Below are positions 20,859-32,542 of a DNA stretch of 36,651 bases, in pieces. Position 1 is the first letter of the stretch. Each line of letters starts with the position of its first letter. The notes below the pieces were generated by a model that saw only the letters and a list, made by a program, of their open reading frames with translations, was not told the DNA's origin and did not search any database. Position numbers and translations under genes: made by a program. Origin of the DNA: Octopus bimaculoides (taxonomy: Eukaryota); contig NC_068993.1 in NCBI RefSeq assembly GCF_001194135.2, forward strand, positions 40,821,425 to 40,858,075, read 5' to 3'.

Positions 20859-20960
20859 TTTTTTTTTTGCCATTCTCCAACAAAGAATAATAGTTTGCTG
20901 GAAAATGTTAGATTAAAACCAAACAATAGAAAATAATTTTTATTCTTTTGCCATTCTCCG

Positions 20961-21035
<75 letters not shown>
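20961..21035. repeat. (CT)n microsatellite
   Basis: Directly visible. Confidence 0.95.
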
Positions 21036-21037
<2 letters not shown>

Positions 21038-21739
21038 TGATTACTAACACTGAATTGAAATAATTATTGACGGCATCAATATTTATTATTCTAAACCAAA
21101 AATACACCCGCTTCTTCTTGCTCTACTGAATATATCTGTCAGTGCCAGTTCAGACTTCAGACCTTCATCTTCATCACCACTGCTGTTATTTTTTTGTTAG
21201 CTTTTTTTTTCCACCAAGGCTGCCACTGCCGCCGCCGTTGATTGGTTAGCAATGTAAAAAAAAGCAAAATGATAATAATAATAAACAAAAAACAACTAGT
21301 GAGTTTCAATTGTTAACAAGCTCAGTGTTGCAATGTCAAAGGATGAGGCAAGGAAAACAATAAACTCACATTGCATGTGTATTATGTCTAGGGAAAATGC
21401 AAGCAGTGGAGCATTACCAGACTGTTCAGTACAATCATCGAGGCATGTAACTTTTATTTTATTATATACGCCATTGTTTCTCACTCTCTCTTTCTTTTTT
21501 TCCTTTGTTTTCTTTTCTTTTTTGTTGCGTTTTTTTTTTTTTTTGGGGTTTTTTTGCCACATATCACTACTGGTGAGGGAATCTAATAATATGCATAGAT
21601 AGAAAGAATATCATCGAGATGTTATTTCATTGTAAATGCCACCGCTTTTTTTCGTTAATGAATTGCTCCACAATTTTCATTCCTGTTCCTGCTTCTTCCT
21701 TCCTACACACTGAGAGCACCGTTGGCTCTACTGTAATAC

Positions 21740-21978
21740 TTATAATAATAATAATAATAATAATTTTTATAACAAGAATAATGATAATAATAATAATAAT
21801 GATAACTGTGGTAACAATAGCAATAGCTGTAAGAATAAAACAGTAATAAGTAGAATACTCGTGATGATGATCAAAATAATAAAGCAATAATGATAATAGT
21901 AATAATAACAGAAATAATAAAACAACAATAATGATATTAATAATAATAATTGTGATGGTGTTGATGATGTCATCCTCA
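21740..21978. repeat. (AAT)n-rich triplet tract
   Basis: Directly visible. Confidence 0.9.
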
Positions 21979-22510
21979 TGAATTTTATTGCATAGGAATT
22001 CAGCTTGCCATGCTAAGAGAAGTAGGCTCAGTTGTATTCCTCATTCGGGCTATAACTAAGAGATGTGGCCTGCAACTGATAGCCATCACCATCACCATCC
22101 TGAATTGTCCCCCATCCCACTCTCATCAACAAGGATCTGCCCCTTTCGCATTTTCTAATCACCCATATATCACACTTTTTACATTACGCTCATTTTCATG
22201 CACCAGCTCTAAAACTCGTCCCTTGACCTGGGCAATTCTACCACCGTTATCTTTGAGGGTTTCAATGTCGCCATCATCCTCATCATCATCATCATCTTCA
22301 CCATTGTCATCAACCCTCACCATTTGTGTCATTATCGTTTTAACGTCCACTTTTCCTTGCTTGCATGCATCACTGATTGTATCACAGCCACACAGTGACG
22401 TCACCATCTGTAGCTGCAACTTCACACAGATTGTAAACACTCACATAGACAAATATACATACAATATCTACTGTATGTATATGTGTGTGTTTGTGTGCAT
22501 GTATATATAT

Positions 22511-22567
22511 NNNNNNNNNNNNNNNNNNNNNNNNNNNNNNNNNNNNNNNNNNNNNNNNNNNNNNNNN
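22511..22567. other. Assembly gap
   Basis: N run, 57 nt; followed by a short family C tail fragment (22568-22622). Confidence 1.
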
Positions 22568-22625
22568 TAACTGCAAGCATGCTGGAGCACCACCTTAAAG
22601 GGTGTTAGTCGAAGAAATCAACATT

Positions 22626-22990
22626 TGAGGGTGGTCATTGCCAGTGCCGCCGCACTGTCTCCCATGCAGGTAGCACGTAAAAATACCTTTTCAGCGTGGT
22701 CATTGCTAGTGCTGCCGGACTGGCTCCCATGCAGGTAGCACGTAAAAACACCTTTTGAGTGTGGACGTTGCCAGAACCACCTGACTGGCCCTCATTCTGG
22801 TGGCACATAAAAGCACCCACTACACACTCAGAGTGGTTGGCATTAGGAAGGGCATCCAGCTGTAGAAACTTTGCCACGTCAAATTGAGCCTGGTGCAGCC
22901 TCTGGTTCACCAGTCCTCAGTCAAACTGTCCAACCCATGCCAGCATGGAAAGCAGACGTTAAACGACGATGATGTTGATGATGATGATGA
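22626..22990 (+). mobile_element. Family B copy with 3 x 65-bp internal units
   Basis: Units start at 22631, 22696 and 22761 (GTGG.C.TTGC.AG), followed by the B tail and (GAT)n. Confidence 0.85.
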
Positions 22991-23177
22991 TTATTATCAT
23001 CATTTTAGTGTAAAATGGAATAAGCTGAACAAGAGGTTACATGTGTGATAAGGAGTCATTGAAGAGGTCACGGGATGTGCAATGAAAGAACTTTGACAAA
23101 GAAACTAAATAGCAAGAAGGCTGAAGTGAAAACGAGATGTAGTGTACGTGTGTTTAACTGGCAAAATGTACACATCC

Positions 23178-23366
23178 TATGCTGGTGCCCTGTAAAAATC
23201 ACTCAGGCTACTCTGTGGGGTTGTGGGTGTTAGGAAGGGCACCCAGCCATAAAAAAACTGTGCGAAAACAGACACAGAAGTCTGGTGCAGTCTTCTACCT
23301 GGCAAGCTCCTGTCAAAGCCATGCCAGCCTGGAAGGTGGATGTTAAACGATGATGGTGATGATGAT
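23178..23366 (+). mobile_element. Family B 3' end
   Basis: GTTAGGAAGGGCACCCAGCC...AAAACAGACACAGAAGTCTGGTGCAG...GGATGTTAAACGATGATG. Confidence 0.7.
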
Positions 23367-23417
23367 ATATATATATATATACATACACATACACACACAT
23401 ACACATAAAAACATACT

Positions 23418-23540
23418 ATCATCATTATTTAACATCAGTTTCCCATGCTGGCATGGATTGAATAGTTTGACAGGAGCTGGCATGATTTCTACAGCTGGAT
23501 GCCCTTCCTAATGCCAGCACTTTACAGAGTGTACTGGGTG

Positions 23541-23543
<3 letters not shown>
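23418..23543 (-). mobile_element. Family B 3' end, tail-to-tail with the previous copy
   Basis: ATCATCATTATTTAACATCAG...TTTCTACAGCTGGATGCCCTTCCTAATGCC. Confidence 0.65.
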
Positions 23544-23575
<32 letters not shown>

Positions 23576-23802
23576 TATATGAGAATTTGTTAGTGTGACA
23601 CCTGAAAGTGCTCAGTGAATATATCAACTGAAACGGAATAAAGGTAAGATGCAGGATGAAGTGGATTGGCCAGCAAACTTGATCAAGTCCCAGTGATGGA
23701 CAGCATCTAACAAGTATAGCTATGTAATTGTCTTGAATTTTTGCAGTCAAAGATCGCCCTTCTTGGACCACCTTGTGACCAGGCAACAACCACAGCAAAA
23801 CC

Positions 23803-24041
23803 ACTTTTATTCTTTTACTTGTTTCAGTCATTTGCCTGCGACCATGCTGGAGCACCACCTTGATGGGTTTTAGTCAAACAAATCGACCCCAGAACTTACT
23901 TCTTAAGCCTAGTACTTATTCTATTGGCCTGTTTTGCCAAACTGCTAAGTTACAGTGATGTAAACACACCAACACCGGTTGCCAAGCAGTGATGTGTGGA
24001 CAAACAGACATACACAGATATATATATAGAGAGAGAGACAA

Positions 24042-24080
<39 letters not shown>

Positions 24081-24180
24081 CGACAGGCTTTTTTCAGTTT
24101 GGTCAACCCGGGGCTATAGTAGAAGACACTTGCTCCAGGTGTCACACAGTGGGACTGAACCTGGATCCATGTGGTTGGAA
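23803..24180 (-). mobile_element. Family C SINE, near full length
   Basis: C tail, (TA)(GA)(CA)(TA) insert, head with GGGACTGAACC B-box; internal deletion in the 5' body. Confidence 0.85.
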
Positions 24181-24392
24181 CAGTTTGATATAGTCCCAAA
24201 TACCACCATTAATAATGCACGCATGGACTCTCCTATATTCTCTCTCTCTTTCTTCCTCACACACACAACAATTGTAATGCAAGAAGCACTCGCTGCAGAC
24301 GACATCCACTCAAAGATGCATACATCTTAAGATAACTCAGGGTAGTGGGATGAGGAAGAGTTGGTAGGTTTTTTGTTTTTTTTTTGTTGTTT

Positions 24393-24517
24393 NNNNNNNN
24401 NNNNNNNNNNNNNNNNNNNNNNNNNNNNNNNNNNNNNNNNNNNNNNNNNNNNNNNNNNNNNNNNNNNNNNNNNNNNNNNNNNNNNNNNNNNNNNNNNNNN
24501 NNNNNNNNNNNNNNNNN
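24393..24517. other. Assembly gap
   Basis: N run, 125 nt. Confidence 1.
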
Positions 24518-24654
24518 ACCATTTATTTCGGTTGATATTTCCTGAGGTGCTGCTGCAAGTCTATTTCTGTGTTATTATTCTGATGTCTTGGTTTATCTCT
24601 CCCTGTTGACAACAATAGCTTTACAGAGGAACTGCAGAATAATTTCACCATTTT

Positions 24655-24774
24655 TGCTATTGTTGTTGTTGTTATTATTATTTGTGGTTAACAAAGAAAG
24701 CAATACTGTTATTATTATCATCATCATCATTATAATCATCATTATTATTATTATTATTATTGTTGTTATTGTTA

Positions 24775-24808
<34 letters not shown>

Positions 24809-25175
24809 CATTGTTACTACTACTACTACTGTTACTATTATTAATTATCATCATTATCATTGTTGTTATTACAACCACCACCACCACTGCTGCTGCTATT
24901 ACTGCTATTATTATTATTATTATTGATGTTGTTTGTGGTGTTACTACTACTACTACTACCATCATCATTATTACTAGTGTTGCCCTATCCATCTCCCCTG
25001 TGGCAATAAAAGAAACTACTACCATCATCATCATGATCGTCATTGTCATCATTATTAATGTCACCCTATCCATTACCCCTGTGGCAACAAAAGAAAAGAC
25101 CACCACTACTACCACTACAGCTACTATTATTATTATTATTACTGTTCTTGTTGCTGTTGTTATTGTTATTAACAT
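24655..25175. repeat. Mosaic triplet tract (ATT/ATC/ACT/GTT)n with an embedded 81-bp-period duplication
   Basis: CCCTATCCAT..CCCCTGTGGCAA.AAAAGAAA starts at both 24983 and 25064. Confidence 0.9.
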
Positions 25176-25984
25176 GGTAGTGTTTGTACTGTTTGACACA
25201 CAGTAGTCTCATAATAATGGCCTATTATGCTTTAAAAGCAAACAAATAAACAGCTTTAGACAATGAGACACAATAGAATTCTGTCTCAACATTCCAATAT
25301 ATTTTTGCTTTCTTTGCTGAGCCGGTGAGTTTTCTTTCTACTTTCGACAATGCGTTATAATTAAGAAGTTTCTCCGTCTTTATACTTGCAGAAGAATAGG
25401 CCAGTAGAGCTGGTTTTTATTATGCGACGTTCCGATGTTCCGATGGCTGTGTCTTTGTTATTAGAACTGGGCTTTTAACTGGGCTTTTTTTCTTTATATG
25501 TGTGTGTGTGTGTGTTCTAGTGTGTTTTATTTAGGTCAGACTTGAAACAGCATCTCTCTCTCTCTCTCTCTCTCTCTCTGTCACTATCTCTTTGTCTTTC
25601 TCTGTCTCTCATTTGCTTATGAACCTTAACTCCAGGAGTACCGACAGGGGGTTTCGAATCTCACATCTCACATTGTTTCACATGAGCTAAGGAAACAATT
25701 CTTAATTCTTCAGTTGCTTTTGTTTTGTTTTTATTAATTCTGTCAGCCTCTTGTTCTGGGTTTTAGTTCAAGTTGGAATGGTGCAGCGTTGAATAAAAGT
25801 AACGGAATACTACGAACACATGCATCATGAGTTCAAATTCCTAGCTGGGGATTTTGTTCTGTTTATAAACATTCCACTCATATCTGTTTTGCCTCAACTT
25901 GTGTACTGCTAAAAAATAATCATTTTGTGATTTAGCAAGGAAATCACTCCTTTAGCACACCATGTACAACTCGTCAAATGACAT

Positions 25985-26240
25985 GTTACCATCGTCATCA
26001 TTAAAACATACATTTTTCTATGCTCATGTGGGTCAGATGAAAGTGTACTGAGGCAGAATTTTCTGTATTCGGATGCCCTTCCTGTCACCAAATCTCACCT
26101 GCTTCAATGCAAGATAATATTTCTCATAGTTTACCAAACAACAAATATCTTGTACAGGCTTTCACAGAAAATTGTACACAAACACCACCATTTATATGAA
26201 CAATGATTTTTCACTTAGAAGCAGTGCATATGTCAAAACC
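25985..26240 (-). mobile_element. Family B variant
   Basis: CATCATTAAAACATAC...GAGGCAGAATTTTCT...GGATGCCCTTCCTGTCACC. Confidence 0.55.
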
Positions 26241-26499
26241 AGAAGAATAAGCACTTACACACATGCACGTACATGTACGATATTTTCTGATATTCTTTTA
26301 CTTGTTTCAGTCATTTGGCTGTGGTCATGCTGGAGCACTGCCTTTAGTCGAACACATCAACCCCAGGACTTATTCTTCGTAAGCCCAGTACTTATTCTTT
26401 CGGAATCTTTTGCTGAACCACTAAGTTACGGGGACATAAACACACTAACATCAGTTGTCAAGTGATGGTGGGGCGGGGCACAAACACAGACACACAAAT

Positions 26500-26530
<31 letters not shown>

Positions 26531-26899
26531 NNNNNNNNNNNNNNNNNNNNNNNNNNNNNNNNNNNNNNNNNNNNNNNNNNNNNNNNNNNNNNNNNNNNNN
26601 NNNNNNNNNNNNNNNNNNNNNNNNNNNNNNNNNNNNNNNNNNNNNNNNNNNNNNNNNNNNNNNNNNNNNNNNNNNNNNNNNNNNNNNNNNNNNNNNNNNN
26701 NNNNNNNNNNNNNNNNNNNNNNNNNNNNNNNNNNNNNNNNNNNNNNNNNNNNNNNNNNNNNNNNNNNNNNNNNNNNNNNNNNNNNNNNNNNNNNNNNNNN
26801 NNNNNNNNNNNNNNNNNNNNNNNNNNNNNNNNNNNNNNNNNNNNNNNNNNNNNNNNNNNNNNNNNNNNNNNNNNNNNNNNNNNNNNNNNNNNNNNNNNN
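26531..26899. other. Assembly gap
   Basis: N run, 369 nt. Confidence 1.
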
Positions 26900-27050
26900 A
26901 TGATGATGATGACAGGCTTCTTTCATTTTTCATCTACCAGATCCACTCACAAGGCTTTGGTTGGCCCGAGGTTATAGTAGAAGATACTTCCCCAACGTGC
27001 AATACAGTGGGACTGAACCCAGGACCATGTGGTTGGGAAGCAAGCTTCTT

Positions 27051-27282
27051 ATATCTTTATTGCCCACAAGGGGCTAAACATGGAGGGGACAAACAAGGAC
27101 AGACAAAGGAATTAAGTCGATTACATCGACCCCAGTGCATAACTGGTACTTAATTTATCGACTCCGAAAGGATGAAAGGCAAAGTCGACCTCAGCGGAAT
27201 TTGAACTCAAAACGTAGCGGCAGACGAAATACCGCTAGGCATTTCGCCCCACGTGCTATTGTTTCTGCCAGCTCGCCGCCTT
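27051..27282 (-). mobile_element. Family A SINE, alternative-tail subfamily, CpG-rich and apparently young
   Basis: A body (ATCGACCCCAG...GGTACTTAATTTATCGAC...AATTTGAACTC...TTCTGCCAGCTCGCCGCC) with a different 3' end (TTTATTGCCCACAAGGGGCTAAAC). Confidence 0.85.
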
Positions 27283-27397
27283 TACCACACAGCCACTCCT
27301 CATTAGAATATTCTATTGCTCCATTTAGAGATTGTAAATATGGAGAGTAGGGATGCATAAAATGCTGTTTGATTATAGAAGGCACTGAGTTACAAAC

Positions 27398-27412
27398 GGT
27401 TGAGAACCACTG
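27398..27412. mobile_element. Possible hAT-type terminal inverted repeat (orphan end)
   Basis: GGTTGAGAACCACTG is the reverse complement of CAGTGGTTCTCAACC, a typical hAT/Charlie-like terminus. No partner seen nearby. Confidence 0.35.
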
Positions 27413-27807
27413 AGCTAGTATTACAGCTGTTTCGTTTTATTTTTTATTTTCTCTTTTTGCATGTCTTACCTCACAACTGTTTTGTCAGTCATTATTTAAC
27501 TTAGCACATATATCACAATAGATATAGTAAAATTCATCCAATCTAAGACCTGAATTACAATGCCAGCTGTTTGAAGAATGACAAGAATTTAGAGAAATGT
27601 ATTTATTTGTTTTTAGTTTTTTAAATTTTTTTTTAATAGATTAGTTGTATTGGGAATATGTAATTGCCATGACCCTTTCCAATGTCTCAGGGCCTCTGAT
27701 ATTGGTGGAAGGAAGGGAGAGTAGGAGGGAGTTACTCTTAAACTGGAGAACAATCTAGAATACATGCAGTAGAGTGAATTCTTTTAAAAGCACCCAAAGT
27801 CTTCGGG

Positions 27808-27943
27808 GAAAGTCTTATGAAACAATAAAAGTTTTGGAACAATCTTATGGAACAGCAACTGTTCTGGAACAGTCTTCTGGAAAATAAAAGTTCTGAAACA
27901 GTCTACTGGAACTGTAAAAATTTCAAAACAGTCTTCTGGAACC
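27808..27943. repeat. Degenerate ~30-bp minisatellite, about 4.5 units
   Basis: AACAGTCTTCTGGAACAATAAAAGTTCTGG-like units at 29-30 bp spacing. Confidence 0.75.
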
Positions 27944-29550
27944 ATTATGCTGATAATTTAGTAGAGTGTGAATATTAAATGTATATCAATATACATTTGA
28001 TTTCACAACTGAAAATAATGTACAAATTATGATATGGCTACGTCCATTAACTTCACATTTGAAATCATGAGTTTGTGATCAGCTGAAACATCTGTAAATT
28101 GGAGTTTTGCAGTCATGGTGGTGGCGAGCTCCAGAGGAGTGTTGCTCTGTGAAGGAAGGATTGGGAAAATTTATTTAATGTTGGTCTTGGAGGTGAGACA
28201 CTGTAGAAAGTGGAAAGGTAGGTATATGAACCTAGATTGAGGGATCCATGCAACTAGTGATTTCAGAGAAGGTGTGTCCATTGTAGCAATGAGAAGGAGT
28301 GTGTTGGTGAATAAAGACATTGCCAGCCAGTTTGAGTAGCACCCCACCCACCGCCACCGTGCCTGCTATTTTATTGATGAAGGGGAATTTATTTATAAAT
28401 ATATGTTGGCGTCAATTGGCCGAGAGACCCGTTTGTTGAAATCACATTAAACTGTATCCAAATAATAATTAAATTCTTCAGAGATAGTCTCTTCTATTCC
28501 TTCATTTTTCTCTCTCTCTCTCTCTCTCTCTTTCCTTGTTGTATGTTGTTTTCTTCCTTTCTCTCATTCATTTCTTCTTTCTCATCCTGTAAAAATGTCT
28601 AAGAAGAACTGAAACAACACCAGAGCCCAAAGAGTGGCATGTAAATATTTTTATCTACCATATTGTGGATTCATTATTCACTGAGGTCAAATATATAAAC
28701 TAGCAGCTGCAAAAACTTACTTGCCAGAAAGTTTCTGGTGGCGGTAGTGGCATCGGCAGCAATGGTAGCGATGGCGGAGGCAGGGGTGGAAGCAAGGATG
28801 AGGGATGAAGAGCAGGGCAGGGTGTTATCTCTCCTTCTTTTGCACCACCAAATCAATATTATTATTTTTCATAGGCCATTCTTTTACAACTGGGGTAATA
28901 AGTCAGAGAAGGACTGTTATATGGAAAGCAGTGCTGTTGGGTTTTAATTCATTGCTGAAAACTCACTTGACAGATCAATGCTTTTTACTCGATTGACCCA
29001 CTTGCCAATAACAACAGCAACAACAACAACAGCAGCAGGCGGCAGCAGTGGCACAGACAGCAGTAGGGTTGAGGGAGGGGTACTGAGAAGGAATTATTAT
29101 TAATGTTGATCCTTAATGAAACTATTCTCTACCATCCACTAAACAATGAAGCTGCCACTTGTACCAACTGAATAAACATATCTTGTACTTACTTCCTGCC
29201 ATAATAACTTGCCAGTTATCTGACCATACTTTTTCCACCACCACAACCTCCATCACCACCATTACCACCATCAAATCTACCTTACACCAGTTTCTGTAAC
29301 CATGGCATTCAGCACCACGCATGCACGCACACTCTCACAGGTGCATACATATACATTTATGTACACATACTACGTATACGCTGATCTCTATATTACTGCC
29401 ACCACCAATGGCACCCACTGTTCAAGACAGCAGAAAGCTCCAGATGTTTGTCTGTATCTCTACAAATGTAATCACCATCCTGTGTGATTACTGATTAGTT
29501 CCATGTAACACACAGCAGTGAGGAAGTATACACACTCTCACAGATATATT

Positions 29551-29652
<102 letters not shown>

Positions 29653-29743
29653 TACATAGATACATTCATATGCATATGCATACATACATTCATAGATAGC
29701 TAGATAGATCAATTGATATGTATGTATATCAATATATATATAT

Positions 29744-29968
29744 ATTCTTTTATTTGTTTACTTGTTTCTGTCATTTGACTGGGGCCATGCTGGAGCACCA
29801 CCTTAAACGGTTTTTTAGGCGAAGAAATTGACTCCAGGACTTGTCCTTTGTAAGCCTGGTATTATAAGTCTCTTTTGCCAAACCACAAAGTTACAGAGAT
29901 GTAAACACACCAACATTGGTTGTCAAGAGGTGGTGGAGGAACAAACATAGACACAAAGACTCACACAC

Positions 29969-30013
<45 letters not shown>

Positions 30014-30138
30014 CACACAACAGGCTTCTTTCAGTTTCTGTCTATCAAATCCACTCACAAGGCTTTGGTCGGTGCCATGCAGTGGGGCTGAACCCAGAAC
30101 CATGTGGCTGGGAAGCAAGCTACTTACCACACAGCCAC
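29744..30138 (-). mobile_element. Family C SINE with internal (TA)n and a short deletion
   Basis: C tail to head (TACTTACCACACAGCCAC); GGTCGG joined directly to TGCCATGC. Confidence 0.9.
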
Positions 30139-30434
30139 ACCTGTACCTTTGCATGTGTGTGTATAAGACAAAATGAGGTAACAAAGCCAAGGCTGTGAGG
30201 GGTTTTCAGGACAGTTATAAGGAAAAAGATATAGATATAGTCTTTCAGCTGTTTCTGGGATATTATGGCCATCCCTTCATCAGAGGGATATCCACAATGT
30301 ATAGGATCCAAAAGAATGGAGAAAAAACAATAACAAACAACATGAGGACCTTGCACCTGTTCATTTTTACTTTTTATACACGCACACACATGTGTGTATA
30401 AAAAGTAAAAATGAACAAGAGTGACATGAAATAA

Positions 30435-30510
30435 AATGTCTTGCTCAAGAACACAGGAATCGAACTCACTAACTCATGATTGTGAGCCCAACACTCTAAC
30501 CACTGAGACT
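30435..30510 (-). mobile_element. Family D head fragment
   Basis: GTCTTGCTCAAGAACACAGGAATCGAAC...CTCTAACCACTGAG. Confidence 0.55.
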
Positions 30511-30668
30511 GTAACTTAGTGGTCCAGCAAAAGTGACCCATAGAATAAGTACTAGGCTTACAAAGAATAAAGTCCTGGGGTCAATATTTCTTCAGCTAAA
30601 ACACCCTTTAAGACAGTACCCTTGCATGGCCGCAGTCAAATGACTGAAACAACTAAAAGAATGAAAGA

Positions 30669-30670
<2 letters not shown>
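30511..30670 (+). mobile_element. Family C 3' half
   Basis: GTAACTTAGTGGTCC...AATAAGTACTAGGCTTACAAAGAAT...GCAGTCAAATGACTGAAACAA. Confidence 0.85.
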
Positions 30671-30711
<41 letters not shown>

Positions 30712-30714
<3 letters not shown>

Positions 30715-31282
30715 TCATCATCATCATCATCATCATTGTTTAACGTCCGCTTTCCATGCTAGCATGCGTTGGACGATTTGACTGAGGACTGGTGAAACCA
30801 GATGGCAACACCAGGCTCCAATCTGATTTGCAGAGTTTCTACAGCTGGATGCCCTTCCTAACACCAACCACTCTGAGAGTGTAGTAGGTGCTTTTATGTG
30901 CCACTGGCACGAAGGCCTGTCAGGCGGTACTGGCAACGGCCACACTCAAATGGTGTATTTTATGTGCCACCCGCACAAGAGCCTATCCAGGGGCACTGGC
31001 AACGATCTTGCTCGAAAGTCCTTGCACATGCCACAGGCACAAGTGCCAGAAAGGCGATGCTGGGCACAGGTGCCATCCCGATTTCGCTTTTGCTTGCCCG
31101 AATAAGTCTTTGCAAGCTGAGTTTCGTGTCCAATGAAGGAGACGACGTTGGCATGGGTGCCAGTCGTCGAATTTAGTTCAGCTTCGATTTCACTTGCCTC
31201 AACAGGTCTTCGCAAGCGGAGTTTAGTGTCCAAAGAAGGAAAGGTACGCATAAGTGGGTTGGCTACACCCCTGGCAGAGGCC
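30712..31282 (-). mobile_element. Long family B copy with two types of internal repeat
   Basis: B tail, ~65-bp units, and a further unit repeated at 100-bp spacing (GTCCAA.GAAGGA at 31128 and 31228). Confidence 0.85.
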
Positions 31283-31303
31283 TTATATATATCATTAGAA
31301 AAT

Positions 31304-31609
31304 CATTCGAGCGAGGTCGTTGCCAGTGCCGTTGGACTGGCTCCCGTGCAGGTGGCACATAAAAAACACCTTTTTAAGTGTGGCCGTTGCCAGTACTGTG
31401 TGATTGACCCTTGTGCTGGTGGCGCATAAAAGCACCTACTATACTCTCAGAGTGGTTGGCATTAGGAAGGGCATCCAGTTGTAGAAACTCTGCCAAATCA
31501 GATTGGAGCTTGGTGCAGCCTGCTGGCTTACCAGTCCTCAGTCAAATCATCCAACCCATGCTAGCATGGAAAGTGGACGTTAAACGATGATGATGATGAT
31601 GAGGATGAT
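31304..31609 (+). mobile_element. Family B copy with 2 internal units, head-to-head with the previous copy
   Basis: Units at 31313 and 31380; B tail and (GAT)n. Confidence 0.85.
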
Positions 31610-32024
31610 ATACACACATAAAAACTGATCCTTTCATACAAATTTATTTTCTGCTCACCTTCGCCTTTTAGATAATCCACAAAATATATTCATCTGTAAC
31701 TAATTAAGTACAGGAATTTGAAATATAAGATCTGTTATTGTTATATTCCATTTACTCCATTATTTTTCATCATATTTCGATTCTGGTTTGGTTTTGATTT
31801 TACTTTTTTTACTTTTCAAGACTAAGGCAGTACATATTTATCATTTCTGATTTTCTTTTTGTATCATTTTGTTAGTTTTTCTTTTTGTGTGTGAAATATA
31901 AACATATTCCTGTCAATCTTGTGTGGAGAAACACAATATTGAAATGAAATGTAACTCAAGACTTAGAAATGACCAGATATGACAGTTGTTATGTTAGATA
32001 CAGATGCCACATATGATATGTTTG

Positions 32025-32200
32025 TCATCATTGTCATCACCATTTAATGTCTGTTTTTCATGCTTGCTTGGGTTAGACATTTTGACAGGATCCAGCAAAC
32101 AGCTGAGTTGTGCTAAGCTCCTGTATCAGGTTTGGCGTGGTTTCTATAGCTGGATGCCCTTCCTAATGCCAATCATTTTACAATGAGCACTGGTAGTGTT
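32025..32200 (-). mobile_element. Family B 3' end
   Basis: CATCACCATTTAATGTCTG...TTTCTATAGCTGGATGCCCTTCCTAATGCC. Confidence 0.7.
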
Positions 32201-32381
32201 GCCAAGTAACTTGAAAGAAATACAAGAACAAGAAAAGAAAAAATTCCTGTTGATAAATGGGTGGGGTACTTGAAAGAAGAGCAAGTGGCTTGATGCCAGG
32301 TGGTGGGAAGCTGAAGTATGGTAGAGGTACAAGCATATGTGTCTTGCTGTAGAGAAGATACATAGGTACCCTGCATTATAT

Positions 32382-32436
32382 AAGATGAGTGGGAGAAGCT
32401 GGGAAGAAGATGAGTGGGAGAAGCTGGGAAGAAGAT
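32382..32436. repeat. Perfect 25-bp tandem duplication
   Basis: AAGATGAGTGGGAGAAGCTGGGAAG twice, plus AAGAT. Confidence 0.95.
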
Positions 32437-32542
32437 AAGATGGTTATGATGAAATGCCAGAGCAAACCTTCAAAGAACAAGAAGGTGAGAATAGATGAAG
32501 ATACAGACAGTTAGTCAGGATTGGGGTGAACGGGGAATAACA

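Larger units (their letters stand above)
26292..27297 (-). mobile_element. Family C SINE spanning a gap and hosting a nested family A insertion
   Basis: C tail from 26292; (CA)n / gap / (GAT)n; head to ...GCAAGCTTCTT (27050), resuming as ACCACACAGCCACT (27284-27297). Confidence 0.85.

Noticed and set aside
23650-23700. DWPAN resembling the Tc1 WPxxSPDLNPIE motif
   Set aside because: The similarity stops after five residues and there is no TIR.
31659-31693. 35-nt minus-strand exon (TTACAG|...AAG|GTGAGC)
   Set aside because: The only open frame (MNIFCGLSKRR) is not phase-compatible with the 34.2-kb candidate, and there is no other support.
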